From positions 1 through 51,470 of the IMG/VR virus record IMGVR_UViG_3300026522_000007: 51,470 nucleotides of DNA. The stretch is one strand, 5' to 3'. A model generated the notes under the pieces. The model searched no databases, was not told the DNA's origin, and saw only the letters and a list, made by a program, of their open reading frames with translations. This DNA comes from a virus. Numbering within the stretch: the stretch's first letter is position 1; each line of letters starts with the position of its first letter. Below are positions 18,335 through 27,203 of the stretch, piece after piece. Both the position numbers and the translations under genes were made by a program.

Positions 18335-19696
18335 TCAACCAGCTCTACTATTGAAGCCCTTATCTTTAACATCAGCAACTGTCACTGTATCAAGTGCGTA
18401 CCAGATAGCTGAGAAAGAGTGTGGGTCAATATTAAACTCATCATATACTGTATCACCATTCGGCTTTTTTAAGTATGTCAAATCCTTAAGCTCACGTATT
18501 ACATTCTTACACTTAGGGCTACATATTATTTTCTTAAATCGTTTAACTTTTCTTGTATTAGATAAACGACTACCGGCAAACTTATTTCTGCAACCTCTAA
18601 TTTGATACCCATTCTGACGATAATATGTAATCGCTTTAGGGTCCTCATTATCAGCCACTATAACCTTATTCAATCCTTGCTCTTTATATGAATTCAACCT
18701 CTTCTTTAGATTCTGCATTTCATCAATCGTAGCAAACTTATCATCAGTAACATGATTCATATAAATCTCATCCCATATATACAAAATAGACTTCTTTAAA
18801 TCCACACTCATACTGATAACAGCATTATACGATTCCTCAAAACCAAAGTCAAATCCAAAGTACTGAGCACTTGGCCCAAGCTTTGTTACTTCATCCTTAA
18901 ACTTCTTAGCATTATTTGCTACATGGAACTGAGGCAACACTCTTGTACCACTCGGACCAAACCTTCCCCACCTTGCCACTCGATACAATGGATAATCATA
19001 TGTCTTGATTTCTTCTAATCGTTTCTTATAAGCGTCTGGCAAGTAAGGATTGTCGTCCATCACGCTATGATGATAATACACACCGTTGTGAACTAACGTC
19101 CTTTTAGCATATAGTTCTTCATCGTTCAGAATTACGTGTTCTCTTCCTTCTTCGTCTAAACTTACAAAGAAATGTCGATACACCCAATTCTCTTTTCCTA
19201 CCGGATTGCAACTTAAGATGAAATGCATGCTTACGTTTGGAGTACGAATACGACCAAGCATTTCTTTATAACCTTCATACTTGATTTCACTACACTCCTC
19301 AAACCATACAATACTAACACCATTCAAAGACTTTACTTTCTCAGGCTTATCCATTCCTTTGAAGATTATTCTACTTCCGTTTGGAAACTTAAACTCCATT
19401 GGTGATTTCAATGCCCTTACTTTTGTTTTGAATACTCGTCTGTCATCATCCATAGCTAACAAATCCATATCATTTAGGATTTCCTTAAACAGGTCATAAC
19501 ACGATTCAGTCAATGTATCATATACCTCTCTTATTACAAGAACTTTACGCTTTTCTTCTAAACACTTAAGAATGATTTTCAAGGCTACATGATACGACTT
19601 ACCACTACCATATCCACCCAACAATAAGTAAGTCTCATAATACCAATCAAACACAAAGTCGGCAAACCTTTCTGATACCTCCTTTGTAATCTCCAT
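18335..19696 (-). CDS. terL: Terminase large subunit (PBSX/Terminase_3-type)
   Basis: 453 aa; Walker A LLLGGYGSGKS; follows TerS. Confidence 0.9.
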   Translation of the reverse strand: MEITKEVSERFADFVFDWYYETYLLLGGYGSGKSYHVALKIILKCLEEKRKVLVIREVYDTLTESCYDLFKEILNDMDLLAMDDDRRVFKTKVRALKSPMEFKFPNGSRIIFKGMDKPEKVKSLNGVSIVWFEECSEIKYEGYKEMLGRIRTPNVSMHFILSCNPVGKENWVYRHFFVSLDEEGREHVILNDEELYAKRTLVHNGVYYHHSVMDDNPYLPDAYKKRLEEIKTYDYPLYRVARWGRFGPSGTRVLPQFHVANNAKKFKDEVTKLGPSAQYFGFDFGFEESYNAVISMSVDLKKSILYIWDEIYMNHVTDDKFATIDEMQNLKKRLNSYKEQGLNKVIVADNEDPKAITYYRQNGYQIRGCRNKFAGSRLSNTRKVKRFKKIICSPKCKNVIRELKDLTYLKKPNGDTVYDEFNIDPHSFSAIWYALDTVTVADVKDKGFNSRAG

Positions 19697-19698
19697 AC

Positions 19699-20286
19699 TT
19701 ACTCATCCTCCCAATCATCAGGCCAGTAGTTTAAGTCATCAGGCTCTGGTTTCTCTTTTTTAGATTTACGTTTTTTAACGCCTGTGTTTGCAGAAGCAGC
19801 CCAGTCCTCATCTTCATCAGAATCATTAGCACCTTTACGAATGATATTGACAACTATATTGTTATCTTTATCTTCAGTGTGCATCATGTCTCTATTACGC
19901 TTCCACTGTTCTGGCTTTCTATTATTCAGCCAACACATAATAGCTGTTGGATTTGGTGGAACTTCTTTTTCTGTTTTCTCAACTCTTATAGCTCTGTTTC
20001 CATTCCTATCTGGAGGACTGATTATTGTTTTTATATCTGTTGTTGTATACCCTAATGCTACTTTAAGTAGAGCATTCTCAACTCTGTAATCAACAATCTC
20101 TTTTCCATCCTTAATTGCTTTTTCAATCTCAGGATATGTTTTTCTCCATGCGATGAGTGTCTTCTCAGATACCCCTATCTTTTTAGCAATATCAGACAAA
20201 GTAAAATCTCTTGCCCAACAGCTAAGAAGCTCGAGCTTTTCTTCTTTAAGCCACTCATCTACTTTGCTGCTGTTTATGCGTCCCAT
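19699..20286 (-). CDS. terS: Terminase small subunit
   Basis: 195 aa; N-terminal HTH (LSDIAKKIGVSEKTLIAWRK); acidic tail; directly upstream of terL. Confidence 0.7.
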   Translation of the reverse strand: MGRINSSKVDEWLKEEKLELLSCWARDFTLSDIAKKIGVSEKTLIAWRKTYPEIEKAIKDGKEIVDYRVENALLKVALGYTTTDIKTIISPPDRNGNRAIRVEKTEKEVPPNPTAIMCWLNNRKPEQWKRNRDMMHTEDKDNNIVVNIIRKGANDSDEDEDWAASANTGVKKRKSKKEKPEPDDLNYWPDDWEDE

Positions 20287-20287
20287 T

Positions 20288-21190
20288 TTACTTACCTTTA
20301 CCCTTCTTCAATTTATTTTCAGATTCAAGATATTTTTTAGCAAGAACCACTATAGCGTCTTCTTTGTCTGATTTCTTTACCTCACCTTTGGCAATTAATC
20401 TTTCAACCGCTTTATCGAGGATTCGTCCATCTTTAGCTTTAATATCTGACCTACCAATGATAGTACTAATAGGTACATACTCTTTATCTTTAGCATCATC
20501 AATCCAGACTTCTTTTAATTCTGACATGTGATTCTTCACTATCTCAAGCATTGCCATAAAACCAACCGCTGTATTTCTAATTCGTGATGCTTTGCTTACA
20601 TCACTTATTGTATCAAGATACTTGTCATATTCAGCCATTCGTAACATAAGCGTTTCGTTTGACCTTACTTCTTTCATAACATCTTTTAATACAGCTTTAA
20701 TCTCTTCAATCTCAGAAGGAAGAAACAAGATATTCAATACTTGATATTGCAATCCTGAATAAGACATACTTTGAGTGCTTATATTATCTAACAACTTAAG
20801 TGTCTCATCATCTAATCCAGAATACGCTTTCATATTCACATCATCAATACTCTCATATAACTGCTTTAATACAGCCATGTCGTCTTTACCACTGATAGCA
20901 TTATGACTTAATTGAATACCAATACGCTGGTCTTTTGTCAATGGTTCCTCTGTTACTTGAACATCTATCTCTTGTAGCCCTGCTTCAATAGCCGCCTGAA
21001 CTCTATGGTTTCCACTTAACACTACTAAATTCCAATCATCATCATAAACACAAAACGGAAGCTGAGTCAAACAACCATCACGTTTTATATTTTGAACCAA
21101 TCTCTGAAATTCATCAGCATTCATAAACCTTGCATTTACCTCGAGCAACTTTATTTCTCTCGGGTCTACTTTGATGACTTTCGTCTCCAT
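20288..21190 (-). CDS. ParB-like nuclease domain protein
   Basis: 300 aa; ParB N-terminal motif VVLSGNHRVQAAIEAGL; AAGGAGGG RBS. Confidence 0.8.
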   Translation of the reverse strand: METKVIKVDPREIKLLEVNARFMNADEFQRLVQNIKRDGCLTQLPFCVYDDDWNLVVLSGNHRVQAAIEAGLQEIDVQVTEEPLTKDQRIGIQLSHNAISGKDDMAVLKQLYESIDDVNMKAYSGLDDETLKLLDNISTQSMSYSGLQYQVLNILFLPSEIEEIKAVLKDVMKEVRSNETLMLRMAEYDKYLDTISDVSKASRIRNTAVGFMAMLEIVKNHMSELKEVWIDDAKDKEYVPISTIIGRSDIKAKDGRILDKAVERLIAKGEVKKSDKEDAIVVLAKKYLESENKLKKGKGK

Positions 21191-22521
21191 AGTTCGTATC
21201 CCTCCTTAAGACTCCACTGTCCCATTGGCGCTCCATAAGACAGATTCCATTTTTTCACTTTACCATTTTCGTCTTTTTCAATTTCTCTTCTTCCAAATAA
21301 TTCAAATAAACCACGATATTTCATGCTTACAGGATTCTTACTAAATGCATTTGTTGTAATGCTGTTTGCTCTCTTACCTGTTACTTTCTCAGCCAAAAAT
21401 CTTGCTTCTTTACTTAAGATACAATATAGAACAAGCTTACTCAAATTCTTTTCACACGTAGGTCTAATCGAAAAATCAGTCATCAAATATACAGTGGGCT
21501 TCTCAAGCTTTTCACTTCCTTTAAGCATGTAACTACTACCAAAAGCAAATACACCAAATAACTTATCTTCACAAAATAAACCATAACTTGCTATAGGCGT
21601 TCCTACTTTCGTAACATTCGTACTCAAGTATAATGACCTTAATTCTTGAAATTGGTCAATAGTGATAGGTGCAATTGCAATATTTTCTGTAATTACATCA
21701 TGCTTACCAATTCTAATGATGGGCTTAGCATCCGTTGCCCTTACTCCTTGCCTTACATAATGCTTTTTATCTGTCTTACTATAAAAGTAAATCAGTTTAT
21801 TCGGTCCTGTATTTAACGTGCCATTGAAGTATTGTTCAAGCTCTTCAACTGGTCTTTCTGTTCCAATGACAAAATTATCCAACCTGCTTACTTTATGACA
21901 AAACTCAGCAATATGCACATCAGGGTCAAACATCTCATAATCAGGTTCTGTATACTCAAAGAAATTTTCAATCTCCTTCCACATTCTTTCATAGCCACCT
22001 TTGAAAAATGGAGGGAAACTGATAAACCCACAATCTGCAGGTATTTCATCAATCATTTTCATTACATCGCCATGATAAAATGTATCAATGTTTGTCTTCA
22101 TTCCTTCAAGTTTTTTACACAAATCACTATGCATTCTTGAATACTGTTCTTTATATCCTCGCATCATACGTTTACTATACTGGTCATTATGCATTGAATA
22201 TGGCAGAATATCAGACGCTAACATCATTGTTGCTACTTTCTCTGTATCGTTATTCATATAATCTCTCAGAAAGTTACACTCACCATCGTAATCGTCTTTA
22301 ATTTTCAGTTCTTCCAAGCTCTGACCTGAGAAATACTTACCAATGTACGAGCTATAAATAGTCACGTCATTACTCGTAATCTTACAGTCAAGGAATCCAC
22401 TAATAGAACGCTCAATCGTGAAATTGCCTGAGCAACCAACATATACCCTTTTTACATTCCATTCTTTAACGATATTCCCGATGATATTTATCGCTCTATG
22501 CGGTAATGTACCCTGAAACAC
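21166..22521 (-). CDS. Dam (D12-class)-like methyltransferase-fold protein with a non-canonical FPPF motif and an unassigned C-terminal domain
   Basis: GTG at 22521 lies 7 nt after AAGGAGG; RVYVGCSGNF aligns with motif I and DCGFISFPPFF with DFVYVDPPY of T4 Dam (from memory); about 190 extra C-terminal aa. Confidence 0.5.
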   Translation of the reverse strand: MFQGTLPHRAINIIGNIVKEWNVKRVYVGCSGNFTIERSISGFLDCKITSNDVTIYSSYIGKYFSGQSLEELKIKDDYDGECNFLRDYMNNDTEKVATMMLASDILPYSMHNDQYSKRMMRGYKEQYSRMHSDLCKKLEGMKTNIDTFYHGDVMKMIDEIPADCGFISFPPFFKGGYERMWKEIENFFEYTEPDYEMFDPDVHIAEFCHKVSRLDNFVIGTERPVEELEQYFNGTLNTGPNKLIYFYSKTDKKHYVRQGVRATDAKPIIRIGKHDVITENIAIAPITIDQFQELRSLYLSTNVTKVGTPIASYGLFCEDKLFGVFAFGSSYMLKGSEKLEKPTVYLMTDFSIRPTCEKNLSKLVLYCILSKEARFLAEKVTGKRANSITTNAFSKNPVSMKYRGLFELFGRREIEKDENGKVKKWNLSYGAPMGQWSLKEGYELWRRKSSK

Positions 22522-23095
22522 TAGCTTTCCTCCTTTCCTCAATTTTATCTATGGCTTTCTTCCAAGATTCTTCTCCATTAAACTCTTTGAAGTCATCATA
22601 ATCCAAATTATCAGATACGATTTTAATAGAATAAAGACTTCTATACACAAATCTTGCAATATATGCAAGCTCCATATCAAACAAAGCTTTTTCTTCAACG
22701 TTGTCTGCTTTCTCAACAAAATCAATGCTTGTATAGCAATTATATCCTTCGTCAGATAGCTTCACATGATTTTTAACGCTTGTATTTGCTTTTGTCGGAA
22801 ATTCAAAACAACTACACGCTTTTACATTTACAACACAACCAACATCGATTCCTTTTGCACCTGCGTATCCAACATTGATAATGTTAACATCCGAATTCAA
22901 GATTCCTAAACTTATGGCTTTTGATAACGAGCTTATTACATTATTTACACCAGCACCTGTGACTATCAGCTGAAAAACATCATTTGACCACAAATTCATG
23001 CAACTTAGCTCTTGCTTTTTCATTTTATAGTGCTCAATCAAAGATTGGGCTTCTTGCATTTCTGCCACCACAAACAATGCTTCCATCATTTTCAT
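22496..23095 (-). CDS. PNP_UDP_1-family nucleosidase (MTA/SAH nucleosidase-like)
   Basis: LIVTGAGVNNV, VNIINVGYAGA, VGCVVNV and LFDMELAYIA...IKIVSDNLD align with E. coli Pfs/MtnN blocks from memory. Confidence 0.65.
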   Translation of the reverse strand: MKMMEALFVVAEMQEAQSLIEHYKMKKQELSCMNLWSNDVFQLIVTGAGVNNVISSLSKAISLGILNSDVNIINVGYAGAKGIDVGCVVNVKACSCFEFPTKANTSVKNHVKLSDEGYNCYTSIDFVEKADNVEEKALFDMELAYIARFVYRSLYSIKIVSDNLDYDDFKEFNGEESWKKAIDKIEERRKASVSGYITA

Positions 23096-23115
23096 TTTCC
23101 TCGCTTTAATTTCCT

Positions 23116-23149
23116 ATAAACACGAACAAGGCAGCCATTTCTGGCTACC
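23116..23149 (-). terminator. Rho-independent terminator candidate
   Basis: Minus strand: GGTAGCC-AGAAAT-GGCTGCC (7-bp stem with one G.U) followed by TTGTTCGTGTTTAT. Confidence 0.55.
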
Positions 23150-23179
23150 CTATCGTATTAACGCTTAAAATAATTTTAA

Positions 23180-23590
23180 TTACCTGTTATTTTTCAAGAT
23201 TTTCTTCAAGTCTTTCTTGTCATCTCTTAACTCAGGAATTTCAACATCAATTCCTCTTAGCCAAAGTTCTTCTTCTAACCATCTTGCAACAATATGACGA
23301 TGACAGAAGGTTTCTCCCTTCTCAATTTTATCCATACTTTCATGACATAAAATAACTGCATCATGTAAATCTTCCCAAACCTTCATCGGGTCAAGTTTAC
23401 TAAGTATTTGTTCGCGATATGCTTTTTCATATTCTTCCTCATCGGTCATATGAATCATATCCCACGTTGGAAACAATGCCGGATATCTTTCTCCATGAAA
23501 GTACTTTGCACTTCTTGCAATACTTACTAATCGTAAATCTCTGTCACGAAAAGCTTTTGAATTTACTCTTCCAAAATAACTTGTCTTCAT
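23180..23590 (-). CDS. DUF488-like protein
   Basis: 136 aa; ILCHE...FCHRHIVARWL resembles the DUF488 C-terminal signature. Confidence 0.5.
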   Translation of the reverse strand: MKTSYFGRVNSKAFRDRDLRLVSIARSAKYFHGERYPALFPTWDMIHMTDEEEYEKAYREQILSKLDPMKVWEDLHDAVILCHESMDKIEKGETFCHRHIVARWLEEELWLRGIDVEIPELRDDKKDLKKILKNNR

Positions 23591-23644
23591 TTTACCTTTT
23601 CCATCTCCTAGACATTTTATTTGGTTTGTTATTTGCTTGATTAA

Positions 23645-23673
23645 ATTATACCATAATCAAATAGGTTTGTACA
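23645..23673 (-). promoter_or_regulatory. Sigma-A-type promoter P3 (TGTACA-17-TGGTATAAT)
   Basis: Minus strand: GGGTGTACAAACCTATTTGATTATGGTATAAT, with an AAAAACTTTTAAG block upstream. Confidence 0.75.
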
Positions 23674-23746
23674 CCCTTTTCTTAAAAGTTTTTGAAGATT
23701 TTTCAATTTTATTTTATCAGCATCAGGCTGATTTATTTTAAGGCCA

Positions 23747-23853
23747 TTCCAGAAGGTCACCAGATAATCCAGAATGAATCCAATTTATTTTATATATATT
23801 TATATTAAATATTCAATAAAGTTAACCAGAAGTCATTCTGGATTATCCTGGGA
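23747..23853. promoter_or_regulatory. Iteron/AT-core composite element, copy A
   Basis: CCAG at 23749, 23760 and 23769; AT core with tatatatatttatatta; then CCAGAAGTCATTCTGG (perfect 6-4-6 palindrome) and CCTGG. Confidence 0.7.
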
Positions 23854-23856
23854 TTA

Positions 23857-24417
23857 TCATGCATCCTTTACTGATTCATTGTTGTGCTCCTTATAGTAGC
23901 CACAGCTCTTAAACTCTGGACACTCATGACGATATTCACACATAGGAATAAGGAAGCCCTTAAATTCAGGATTGACCTTTTCAACCTCCTTACAGATTTG
24001 TGTCATGATGTATCTGGTAGTTGCATCAGCCATACCACACAGTCTGCGATGTGACATGAACATGAGCTGTTCTGCGTTTACATCAATGATGTGACTTACC
24101 ATTGCATTCTGCGGTGCCAATTCTCTGTCATACATAGTTTGCCTGTCGTTCCTTTGAGACTGAACATAATGCTCAATACCAATCTTATGACGTACCAGAT
24201 GCACTGATGCAAAATACGGAATAGTCAACCTGATTGTGAACATCAACGTTCTGATAGGTGAATGCTGAGCTTTAAGAATCTGTCTCTTCCACTCATCGGT
24301 CACCTCTTTACCGGCATACTTCTTACCCATGGTATTCAGTGCCAGTTCTTTACACCTTGCCCAGTCTGCTTTGGTTGGATTCCTAAGAATTTCAACCTGA
24401 ATATTTTCGTTTGCCAC
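23857..24417 (-). CDS. ThyX-like (flavin-dependent thymidylate synthase fold) protein, short form
   Basis: 186 aa; GTG start 9 nt after GGAG; HSPIRTLMFTIRL...LVRHKIGIEHYVQSQR (RHK-x8-SxR in place of RHR-x7/8-SxRY); Cys-rich C-terminus. Confidence 0.6.
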   Translation of the reverse strand: MANENIQVEILRNPTKADWARCKELALNTMGKKYAGKEVTDEWKRQILKAQHSPIRTLMFTIRLTIPYFASVHLVRHKIGIEHYVQSQRNDRQTMYDRELAPQNAMVSHIIDVNAEQLMFMSHRRLCGMADATTRYIMTQICKEVEKVNPEFKGFLIPMCEYRHECPEFKSCGYYKEHNNESVKDA

Positions 24418-24545
24418 TTAAATTTACTCCTTACTTATAAAATCTGATTCCTTCTGATTCGTATAGAAACTCAAGATTTCTGCTGTGCCAGTTATCTTCA
24501 TCGCAAGCTTCTTTCTGTTCAGCTTTATTTGCTTTTTGTTGCATG

Positions 24546-24692
24546 TTACATAATGATGCTGTAATTATTATAATATGCTATAATCATTATAATAGTAATA
24601 ATAATTATATGCCATACCAGATTCTTGCATGTTGCCCTTTCAAGATTTCTTTGCTGAATGCGTCTTTGCTTAATATATTGTGACTTTTTCAT
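24546..24692 (-). CDS. Small membrane protein (48 aa, below the ORF-track cutoff)
   Basis: Translated by hand: MKKSQYIKQRRIQQRNLERATCKNLVWHIIIITIIMIIAYYNNYSIIM; GGAG-containing RBS (GGAACGGAGAAACAAC) before ATG; one hydrophobic span. Confidence 0.4.
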   Translation of the reverse strand: MKKSQYIKQRRIQQRNLERATCKNLVWHIIIITIIMIIAYYNNYSIIM

Positions 24693-24710
24693 GTTGTTTC
24701 TCCGTTCCTC

Positions 24711-25238
24711 TTAACACTTAAACCTTAGTTGAAAACCAGTTGTGATAGGACACTCATCACAAATGCCATACTCACATGATATTCCTTCTTCTGAACACTT
24801 ACGTAATATCTCAATGTCCTGTCTGAATCTCTCAAGCTTTTCTGCATCTTCTTTCTGAGCTGCCAATTCCTCTTCTATCATTTTGGCTTCTAATTCCTTT
24901 TGCTCCTGCAATTTCTTGGCTTCTGTTTGCTTCTTGCTGATAATCATCAATTGCTTCCAATATTTCTGCATTTTGTTACGTGATTTAGCAAGTTCCCCTT
25001 TTGTTAGTGCCTTATTGGCTTTTATCTTTCTTGCAATGTCTCCCATCTCTTTGGCATCTATTTTATTAAAACCAACACAGTTATTCTCAATACTTTCGCC
25101 TTTGTCTTTTTCTTCAGGCGTTTGATTGTCGTATATCAATACAATAGCTCTGAGTAATGCTTTGTCGTTAGTCTTTAACAAGTCCTTAAGATAAGCTTCC
25201 CATTGTTTTTGACTAGTAAAGTATTCCCATGCTGCCAT
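24711..25238 (-). CDS. Hypothetical protein
   Basis: 175 aa; AAGGAGG RBS; coiled-coil middle; C-terminal CSEEGISCEYGICDEC. Confidence 0.6.
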   Translation of the reverse strand: MAAWEYFTSQKQWEAYLKDLLKTNDKALLRAIVLIYDNQTPEEKDKGESIENNCVGFNKIDAKEMGDIARKIKANKALTKGELAKSRNKMQKYWKQLMIISKKQTEAKKLQEQKELEAKMIEEELAAQKEDAEKLERFRQDIEILRKCSEEGISCEYGICDECPITTGFQLRFKC

Positions 25239-25267
25239 TTGATTTCCTCCTTTACTTTTTAGTATAT

Positions 25268-25375
25268 CACCAGGGATTCCAGAATGACCCCAGATTGATT
25301 TTTATTTATAGGATATATATTTCCTTATCTTAATATAATTAAAATTAAATCTGGGGCCATCTGGAAGCTTCTGGA
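25268..25375. promoter_or_regulatory. Iteron/AT-core composite element, copy B
   Basis: CCAG at 25270, 25279 and 25290; a roughly 55-bp AT core; CTGG at 25351, 25361 and 25371 (10-bp phasing). Confidence 0.75.
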
Positions 25376-25771
25376 CTATAACAGGCCTTTACGTTCAAGC
25401 CAGTCCTCAAGGTCAGCCAAGTACAGAATTAATTCCTGAATACGATTGCTCGGAATAGATACCTCACCATAGTCATCAACTTCAGTGAATCTCTTATCAG
25501 GTACCGGAATGGTTGTACCCTTACCAATCTTATTTGCGTAAGAACGAAGTACGTATGTAATCACACAAAATACAACCGGTATGAACAGCTCACCACCTAC
25601 ACCAAGGTAACCTCTTGTTACACATACATTCTGACCAATGATATACATCAGATACGGAAGAATGAAATTCAAAATCCAAGCAAAGTTTCTAAGGTTGCTT
25701 ATAATGAAATAATCAACAGCTCGTACAGCATCAACAATGATTGCACCCATAATACTAAAGAATCTCTTCAT
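25376..25771 (-). CDS. Membrane protein, hypothetical
   Basis: 131 aa with three hydrophobic spans in the N-terminal 75 aa. Confidence 0.55.
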   Translation of the reverse strand: MKRFFSIMGAIIVDAVRAVDYFIISNLRNFAWILNFILPYLMYIIGQNVCVTRGYLGVGGELFIPVVFCVITYVLRSYANKIGKGTTIPVPDKRFTEVDDYGEVSIPSNRIQELILYLADLEDWLERKGLL

Positions 25772-25779
25772 GTTTATTT

Positions 25780-26163
25780 TTATTCCTCCAATCGCTTTCT
25801 AAGCATTTCTTTGTAGTAGTTCATTTTTATATTTATCTTTTCTTCAAGACGTCTTTGAAAACCAGCAGCACTGCATCTACTACAATGTGTGTCCTCGTTT
25901 ATGAAGAAGCTGTGATGCATCTCTCTACAGCACTGACAATGCTGAGACATTACATCGTTTTCTCCGTCCTGAACTGCAAACAAATGTATCGTAATAGTTG
26001 GATATTCGCCTTTGTTCTCTTTAATAAATTGCACCTGAACATTGACAAATTCAGCTTTACTTAATACATTTGTTGAATACCATTTCACAGCCGACATGTA
26101 TGCCGATTTCATTGTATCGGCTGTGAATGATTTCTTGTAAAACTCTCTTGAGTACTTAATCAT
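25780..26163 (-). CDS. Hypothetical Cys/His-rich protein
   Basis: 127 aa from ATG at 26163 (AAGGAAGGTG 6 nt upstream); HCQCCREMHH...HCSRC. Confidence 0.55.
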   Translation of the reverse strand: MIKYSREFYKKSFTADTMKSAYMSAVKWYSTNVLSKAEFVNVQVQFIKENKGEYPTITIHLFAVQDGENDVMSQHCQCCREMHHSFFINEDTHCSRCSAAGFQRRLEEKINIKMNYYKEMLRKRLEE

Positions 26164-26635
26164 AGTCAACACCTTCCTTTGCTTTGAGTGATTCCTCTTT
26201 AGCTAGCTTATCAACCAGCTCATTGAAGGTGTTGCCGGCATGACCTTTAATCTTTATGATTTTTATGTAAATACCAAGAGACCTTGTTCTGCTTCTTAGG
26301 AATGCAAGTTCTTCCCACAAATCTCTATTCTTCACATCATCGTTTTTAGTTGTCTTCCAATTGTTTTGCTGCCATTTATCAATCCAGCCATTATTGATTG
26401 AGTTAACAACATAAGCACTGTCAGAATACAACTCATATTCGGCATCACTTAGATTCTTACTCAGTACCTTCTTAAATGCTTCAATTACAGCTTTAAGTTC
26501 CATACGATTATTTGTTGTCATCTTTTCATTACCACTAATCGTTGAGCATTTGCTTGCTGTATTGAAGACTGCAGCCCATCCACCTGGGCCAGGATTTTCT
26601 GAGCAAGCACCATCTGTAAAGATTCTTACTCTCAA
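26156..26635 (-). CDS. rnhA: Ribonuclease HI
   Basis: TTG at 26635 lies 8 nt after AGGAGG; IFTDGAC..NPGPGGW, TNNRMEL, YSDSAYV and KGHAGNTFNELVDKLAKE motifs. Confidence 0.85.
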   Translation of the reverse strand: MRVRIFTDGACSENPGPGGWAAVFNTASKCSTISGNEKMTTNNRMELKAVIEAFKKVLSKNLSDAEYELYSDSAYVVNSINNGWIDKWQQNNWKTTKNDDVKNRDLWEELAFLRSRTRSLGIYIKIIKIKGHAGNTFNELVDKLAKEESLKAKEGVDYD

Positions 26636-26648
26636 TGTTTCTTCCTCC

Positions 26649-27098
26649 TTAACTCCAATCTTCTTCATCATCTTCAGCTTCAGTCATTTTAGCATCAGCT
26701 TTCTTTGCAAGTCGTTCTCTTTCCTTTTCTTCCTTGGTAGCTGTCCTTACCGGTATTTTGCCAGACTTTACTTCAGAATACATCTTAATTGCCAGCTTAG
26801 CAAATACCTCATACAGACACATGCCATAGACTGTTCCCAACCATTCATGCTCGGTTGTTGTTTTTACACCGATTGAGTAAATACCAAGAATCGGTTCGAA
26901 ATACGACATTGTCATCCATTGTGGTGTGATTTCATATTTTTGAACCAACACACGAACGAGCTTTTCAATTGCTTCAATAGGAACATCACTCTCATCTGAG
27001 TATTTAGAAAGTGGTTTGATTTTCCTCAGCACCTTCTGAATTATCTCTTGACTTTCTTCTTTTCTGTAGTCAAGGTTTAGAATTTGTTCTGTTTTCAT
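26649..27098 (-). CDS. Hypothetical protein with an acidic-Trp C-terminal tail
   Basis: 149 aa; AGGAGG RBS; ends ...EAEDDEEDWS. Confidence 0.55.
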   Translation of the reverse strand: MKTEQILNLDYRKEESQEIIQKVLRKIKPLSKYSDESDVPIEAIEKLVRVLVQKYEITPQWMTMSYFEPILGIYSIGVKTTTEHEWLGTVYGMCLYEVFAKLAIKMYSEVKSGKIPVRTATKEEKERERLAKKADAKMTEAEDDEEDWS

Positions 27099-27115
27099 AT
27101 ACAGCTTGTACCTCC

Positions 27116-27163
27116 TTAAAACAAGTATAAGCTGGGTACATGCCTCTCACACATACCCAGCTT
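27116..27163 (-). terminator. Rho-independent terminator
   Basis: Minus strand: AAGCTGGGTA-15 nt-TACCCAGCTT (10-bp stem at 27129..27163) followed by ATACTTGTTTTAA. Confidence 0.65.
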
Positions 27164-27203
27164 ACGGCTATCTATTGAGGCGGATTCATATACCGACTGA
27201 ACA

